Of a stretch of DNA of 64,000 bases, positions 57,214-64,000 are shown piece after piece (the stretch's first letter is position 1; every line of letters starts with the position of its first letter). Made by a program: the position numbers and the translations under genes. The notes beneath the pieces are model-generated. The model was not told the DNA's origin. It saw nothing but the letters and a program-made list of their open reading frames with translations, and searched no databases. Location: positions 13,020,001-13,084,000 of the forward strand of contig OX597834.1 in NCBI GenBank assembly GCA_951406725.2, given 5' to 3'. This stretch comes from Octopus vulgaris. Taxonomy: Eukaryota.

Positions 57214-57458
57214 ATGTATATATGCGTTATAAAATCTTGTCTATTACGGTAGTAATTGTCTGAAACGTATTTCTACTTCATAGATATTGAAGGTTGTGAC
57301 ATGCAGTTACACACCTGCATACATGAATACATATTTGTGTGTCTGGATGCGTATTTGCGGGACAGCGTATTGAAAACTAATTACACATTCTTACCCTTAC
57401 GGACACACGGACACACACGCTTACGCACGCACTGACAATCAAAGAAACATAATCAAGC

Positions 57459-57548
<90 letters not shown>

Positions 57549-57552
<4 letters not shown>

Positions 57553-57742
57553 ATCCAAACAAGAAAGCACAAAAAAACACAACAACGCGAGGACGTGGAA
57601 CAAATATTGTATTATTGGACGCTCAGGAAAGAAGGAGGGTCTAAGTTTCGAGCGGAGCTCTTCGTCAGAAACAAAGGAAAAGGAAAGATCCAGAGAAGGG
57701 AAGACAAAGGAAAAAATCGCCAACGGTTCACACGCGGTCACA
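57549..57742 (-). mobile_element. Family G-related PLE-like fragment with hammerhead (57639-57672)
   Basis: Minus strand GTTT-CTGACGA-A-GAGC(tcc)GCTC-GAAA-CTTA-GAC; flanked by (TA)n on both sides. Confidence 0.65.
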
Positions 57743-58361
57743 TTTTATATATATATATATATATTAGTATTTAGGCAGTGTGTTGCATTTCCTAGGACTA
57801 AGTAATTACAGGTATAAACCTGAACTTGTAATCTGGCTAGAATGACTGCAAATATCTCAATAGTGCAGCGATGGTGTTCCCTTTTACCACTGATCGTCAG
57901 CTTAATATTAACATCCGCTGAGCAGCTAATTTTCATAACTCCCCACAGATTGTCTTCGCTATCCCAAATCATCATATGAGGTGTGTTTTGCTTTTATTTT
58001 ATTGAGGTCTTAACTAGGACAGTCCACTAGTACTCCTTTTTATTAAGAGTGGCTCTGGCTTCTACCCTATTGTGGGTTCTTATTTCTTTGTCAGAGGAGT
58101 TATCTTTCCGATCGATGTCAGTATAGAGTGTCTCAGCTACAGCATCAGGTCTCATCGCTAATTAAACTATGCATGTATGTATGTATGAATATATGCATAC
58201 GTGTATTTATATATGCATAAATGTATGTATGCATACCAACCTGGACTTTTGTATGTACGTATGTATATGTGAGCATGTATGTATAGGTATATATTATGTA
58301 TATATTAGGCATGCCATTGAGTATGACATACAGACCTGACTTATTTTAACAAATATGGATA

Positions 58362-58743
58362 TGGAAGAACTCCGTCGGTTACGACGATGAGGGTTCCGGT
58401 TGATCCGAATCAACGGAACAGCCTGCTCGTGAAATTAACGTGTAAGTGGCTGAGCACTCCACAGACACGTGCACCCTTAACGTAGTTCTCGGAGATAGCG
58501 TGAAACAGAGAGTGACAAGGCCGGCCCCTTGAAATACAGGTACAACAGAAACAGGAAGTAATAGTGAGAGAAAGTTGTGGTGAAAGAGTACAGCAGGGAT
58601 CACCACCATCCCCTGCCGGAGCCTCGTGGAGCTTTTAGGTGTTTTCGCTCAATAAACACTCACAACGCCCGGTCTGGGAATCGAAACAGCGATCTTATGA
58701 CCGCGAGTCCGCTACCCTAACCACTGGGCCATTGCGCCTCCAC
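58362..58743 (-). mobile_element. SINE family C, full length (OR1/OR2-like)
   Basis: Reverse complement of 50668-51053; TSD ttaacaaatat at 58346-58356 and 58744-58754. Confidence 0.93.
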
Positions 58744-58947
58744 TTAACAAATATATTAGTTTAAAGGTATGTGTGTGCGTGTATTCATGTGGATGTGTCT
58801 TTGCATTTCTGTGAATCTGTATGTATGTGTTTGCGTGTGTGTGTGTGCATGTTTCTACGTATGGAATCCGTCACACGCTCAAATTGTTTGAGATCAATTA
58901 ACATGATTTTGCGCTTGATAAATATTTAGCATTTATATGCGAATTCA

Positions 58948-59367
58948 TTCTTTTTCTTTTATTCTTTTACTCCTTTCAGTCATTTGACTGCGGCCATGTT
59001 GGACCACCGCCTTTAGTCGAGCAAATCGACCCCGGGCCTTATTCTTTGTAAGCCTAGTACTTATTCTATCGGTCCCTTTTGCCGAACCTCTAAGTGACGG
59101 GGACGTAAACAGACCCGCATCGGTTGTCAAGCAATGCTAGGGGGACAAACGCAGACACAAACATACACACACATACATAAATATATATATATATACATAT
59201 ATACGACAGGCTTCTTTCAGTTTCCGTCTACTAAATCCACTCACAATACATTGGTCGGCCTGGGGCTATAGCAGAAGACACTTGCCCAAGATGCCACGCA
59301 GTGGGACTGAACCCCGAACCATGTGGTTGGTTAGCAAGCTACTTACTACACAGCCACTCCTGCGCCT
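58948..59367 (-). mobile_element. SINE family A, full length
   Basis: Same architecture as the other A copies. Confidence 0.92.
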
Positions 59368-59623
59368 ATGAATATATAATTTAGATTTAATCCACTACGC
59401 TTTCTGCCTTACAAGAGCTAAGTATTCGACTGCGAAAAGTATCGGGATTTTCAGGATTTGGATAAACAGCGCTTGAGATTTCTTCGAAATTTTACGCTGC
59501 CACTCGTGTATATTCAGATCTATCTTTACCACGTCAACTGTACAATATCCAGATTTGTGAAGAGATATTCTGTAGCATATGTTATTCAGTGTATGTATTT
59601 TCTTTGTCTTTTTGAATCCTTTG

Positions 59624-60100
59624 CTATTCCACCAAGGTCAGTTTTAACTTCGATATTTTAAAGGTTCAGAATATAAGATTAATTGAGATGCTGCATGGAC
59701 GCAAGCGATATTTACCGATGTGCAGAATGACAATTTGCCAGAATAAACTTAATCAACACCTTGAATTAATTTGCCACTGAAAGGACGATAAGAACATGAG
59801 TCCCTGATTCATTAAGAATGGACATATGCAAATATATCGCTAACTACTCTATTTTGTATTTAAAAAAAAATTCCCTATTCCACCAAGGTCAAATTTGACT
59901 TCAATATTTTAAAGATTCAGGAAATAAGAACAATCCAGATCCCTTATAGATGCAAGCGATGTTTACGAATGTGCAGAATGAGCGTTTGTGAGAATAAACT
60001 TAATCAAAACCTTCAATTAATTCGCCAGTGAGAAGAAGATAAAAAAGATTACGCTGGAAGTCATCTACAAAGGATGTATGCAAATATGTCGCTAACTTCT
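59624..60100 (+). repeat. Diverged tandem duplication, unit about 250 bp
   Basis: ctattccaccaaggtca...gcaagcgat...tgtgcagaatga...agaataaacttaatcaa...tatgcaaatat.tcgctaact at 59624 and 59875. Confidence 0.85.
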
Positions 60101-60599
60101 CTCCAAAATGTTGCAACATCGAAATTATTTCTGTGCAGGGTGCAAAAGCATATATTCTCATTTCATATATATTCAATCGTTTGATTTATGCTTTGACACG
60201 TACTCCTGCCACTCAATCAAGTGAAGCGCTTCGAAACCAAAGAAAGTTGGATTTTGACATTATTGATTGATCCACAACGCTACGAATTTCAGATCTGTAA
60301 CAAGTAGATTGATGGTAAGGAGGACTATGATAAAGCAACAAATGTATGTTTTACAAGCAGTATATAGATCACGTAGATCGCTTCGATCATACGAATAGCA
60401 TCGTGTATCGACATAATATTACTAAAATTAGAATTGCTAATATTATAAGTAAAACGCTTTTTTTTTTCTTTATCGAAATGACTCAACGAAGTAATTCTCA
60501 CATTCCATATTCATGCATACAAAAACCGCTACATAACTACATATAGACTTACACACACGCACGCCCAGGCACCCATACATGTGTATGCCTGTAGTATGC

Positions 60600-60644
<45 letters not shown>

Positions 60645-60692
60645 CACATATATACACATATATACAGACACACATATATACAGACATACTTA

Positions 60693-60727
<35 letters not shown>

Positions 60728-61078
60728 TCCTACACGTACGTACATAAGTATGTCTGTATATATGTGTATATATATATGTGTGTGTGTGTGTTGATATTTG
60801 TGTTATTGTGTATATGCAAGTGAACGTCACCTAGAGCTTAGTCTTTGGGTGAGTATGTATATACTCATAAAACACTTATAACATACGCCATGTACCATAA
60901 AATAATCTGTCCAGTTCTATCTCTGCTTTATATATGTTTTAAAATACACGAACGCTGGACAGCAAGAGAAGTAAAAACGTGGAAAAACACGAAGAAGGCT
61001 CCTTACAAAGAATAAATTTGGTATATGCGAATGACCTTCACTTAATGATTAGTCGTTGGCGGAATATATATGTGTGTG

Positions 61079-61142
<64 letters not shown>

Positions 61143-61196
61143 GCATATAGACATATAAATGATATATCTATATATATATGTATATATATATAAATG

Positions 61197-61234
<38 letters not shown>

Positions 61235-61265
61235 TGTATATATATAAATAAATATAGATGTATAC

Positions 61266-61303
<38 letters not shown>

Positions 61304-61339
61304 ATATATGTATATGTATATATGCATATATATATATAT

Positions 61340-61960
61340 ACTTATAGTAGGATGACCACCGAGTGGACATCCGATATGCTAGATGAAGATCACCTACAAT
61401 ATAACTACAAAGAAAAGAATGTTCTCTAGAGAAATTCAGCAAACACCAGGACATAAGCGGGTAAGACAGATGAAAATATACAAAATACAGAATTAATTCA
61501 ATTATATTCAATTTATCACCCTCATTATATAAATTTTATATAGACACAGATATATTCATGAAAATATATACATATGCGTGTATACACATACATACATATA
61601 TGTACGTATCTATGTTTCTCTGTATATATGAACATATGTGTGTATTTAGGTGTTATGAAGAGAGTCTCTTTTTGTATATGCAGAAATCTATGTCTAGGAG
61701 CTTTTGTACGTTGACGTAATTTTCTGTGGGTTGCCATATGTGGCAGTCAGCTTGTGTGTGAATTAATTTGTTTGCTACAGAGTGTTCAGTTGCTTATCCG
61801 TGTAATCGTTCTTCACAGTGTTTAGCTGTTTTCGTTTTCTCGCTATTTCCTTTGTTTCCTGAAACTATTGTTGTCTGTCCAGTTCATTCCTAACCATTCA
61901 ACTTCACAATGGAGAGCATAATGAATGTTTCCGGTTTAACACTTCAATAGTATTACAATA
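61340..61960. mobile_element. Decayed PLE-like remnant (terminal sequence plus possible GIY-YIG endonuclease on the minus strand)
   Basis: The end at 61490-61530 resembles the reverse complement of the gagggt..aattaatt termini at 49165 and 42125; minus strand 61640-61950 gives 'C*TGNIHYALHC..TGQT', like CxSxNxIYxIxC..YIGQT. Confidence 0.45.
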
Positions 61961-62467
61961 TGTTCCAAATTTCAAAGATTATTATCGATTTTTTATATGG
62001 CTACACGGTGCTGACTTGTTATTTTTATTGTGCTAGCCGATTTCTTATTTCTATTGTGCTGACTGACACACGAGCGAGTGCTAAACATTTTCTGACTTTA
62101 GGAAAAATATCACGGAAGGTCAGCTTTGAGGCCCAACATTCCATGTGCTTCTATACGATTTTAAAAAATCTAAAAGATCTCTGCATCAAATGTATGACCC
62201 TGAGAGGGGAATTTGTTGAATGAAATCATACTTAAATGATCCTACTGCATTTTCATTTATAGAAAGCTAGGACATTTTCCGCATCCCTCGTGTATATATT
62301 GAAGGAATATATACATCGGCCTTTGAATTTGTTCTCTCCTCTCTTTAATTTTATATTCCTGAAGCTCTATCAGAACGCCACTCGGTTGAGCTGTATATAG
62401 TGGTAACTTTTATCACTTAATTCTTCATTATATACACGTGTGTGTATATATATTTCATATATATAGT

Positions 62468-62625
62468 CTTCTATTCTTTTGTTTCAGTCATTTGACTGCG
62501 GCCATGTTGATTCTATCGGTCGCTATTGCAGGCCTTGTGCCTATAGTTATGGGGACGTAAACACACCAGCATCGGTTGTGAAGCACACAGGAACACAAAC
62601 ATGCATACACACACACGCGCACGCA

Positions 62626-62665
<40 letters not shown>

Positions 62666-63243
62666 CATTTATACGACGGGCTCCTTTCCCTCTACAAAAT
62701 CCACTCACAAGGCTTTGGTCGGCCCGAGGCTATAGTACAAGACACTTGCCCCAGGTGCCACTTAGTGGGTCTGAACCCGGAACCATGTGGTTCGTAAGCA
62801 AGCTATTTACCACACGCCTTCGCAAATAATATCTCTCTTTTATTCTTTTTACTTGTTTCAGTCATTTGACTGCGGCCATGCTGGAGCACCGCCTTTAGTC
62901 GAGCAAATCGACCCCGGGACTTATTCTTTGTAAGGCCGGTACTTATTCTATCGGTCTCTTTTGCCGAACCGCTAAGTGACGGGGACGTAAACACACCAGC
63001 ATCGGTTGTCAAGCAATGCTAGGGGGGCAAACACAGACACACAAACACACACATACATATACATAAATATATACATATACGATAGGCTTCTTTCAGTTTC
63101 CGTCTATCAAATCCACTCACAAGGCATTGGTCGGCCCGAGGCTATAGTACAAGACACTTGCCCCAGGTGCCACGCAGGGGGACTGAACCCGGAACCATGT
63201 GGTTCGTAAGCAAGCTATTTACCACACAGCCACTCCTACGCCT
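62468..63243 (-). mobile_element. Tandem pair of SINE family A copies (first with several deletions)
   Basis: Copies 62468-62819 and 62833-63243 share private variants and the 19-nt string acgccttcgcaaataatat (62814-62832, 63238-63256). Confidence 0.9.
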
Positions 63244-64000
63244 TCGCAAATAATATACGTAGGTATGTATATGAATATGTATATATTTATGCATATAACA
63301 TCAGAGGCAATCCCTATCGATTTGATACAAAGATATCAACATATTTTAAAACATCTAAGTTTTATTTTCATAGTTTTCGACTCCTTCAACCGCTCACTCC
63401 ATTTCATTGCGCGAAACATTGAAGTTGAAATTCAATTTGTCATAAAGGTATTTCGACAATAAAGTACATGAGTACACACATACATAGAATTGCACATACT
63501 CACACGCATACACTCAAACACACTCACTCAATCACACACACACACACACAAACACATATACAAATACATACACACACAAATACTCAGAAACTCACAAACA
63601 CACACATATATAATTCAAATGGAGGTACTTGGATACAATTATGAGCAATGAAGCAATGAAGCTAAATGCCTAGATAGAGATATAAATAAATTTAGGATCT
63701 AAAAATAACGCTAAGTCTTATAAGGTTTTAAAACATGTAAATATATAATATACCCTACTGCTGAAAAGTTTTTGGAAAATGTCCTTTTAATCGAAAATGC
63801 TCTCTCTGTAATATCTAATAAATGATTAAAGAATTTATATTTTATGAAAATATTAAATAAATATATATAATGAAACATGATTAGCTAAAAGTGGTGTAAA
63901 TATTTACTGAAAAGAAAGTTTTAATTCCAATTTTTGCTCGGTTAATGAGGTAAGGATCAGCCTTATGTATTAGCCTTACGTAAAAGGTTATATTTTGATT

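Noticed and set aside
57790-58160. Possible decayed APE endonuclease on the minus strand ('RPDAVAETL', 'SEDNLW')
   Set aside because: Similarity is too weak to call by eye; BLASTx against CR1/L2 ORF2 would decide.

Overview
AT-rich eukaryotic repeat-dominated DNA (intronic or intergenic). It is very probably cephalopod/Octopus, an inference from the extreme (TA)n/(TAA)n/(GATA)n load and from tRNA-derived SINEs resembling the octopus OK/OR1/OR2 families. No host protein-coding exon can be supported: almost all listed ORFs are microsatellite or SINE read-throughs. The window holds about 30 SINE copies from four tRNA-headed families, three non-autonomous Helitrons, fragments of RTE, CR1/L2-like, R4/Dong-like and Hero-like LINEs, a Tc1/mariner relic, and decayed Penelope-like (PLE) RT and GIY-YIG remnants. 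The most interesting signal is a dispersed set of minimal type-I hammerhead ribozyme (HHR) motifs in short, mostly (TA)n-embedded and often fold-back elements. These include a canonical HHR whose stem I is supplied by the (TA)n tract (1190-1230), a compensated G3-C8 core variant at the axis of a near-perfect 128-bp-arm palindrome (31795-31844), a recurring A6U variant, and a tRNA-headed (Pol III A/B box) element carrying an HHR (14055-14306), i.e. a candidate retrozyme-like SINE. All calls were made by eye; no searches were run.
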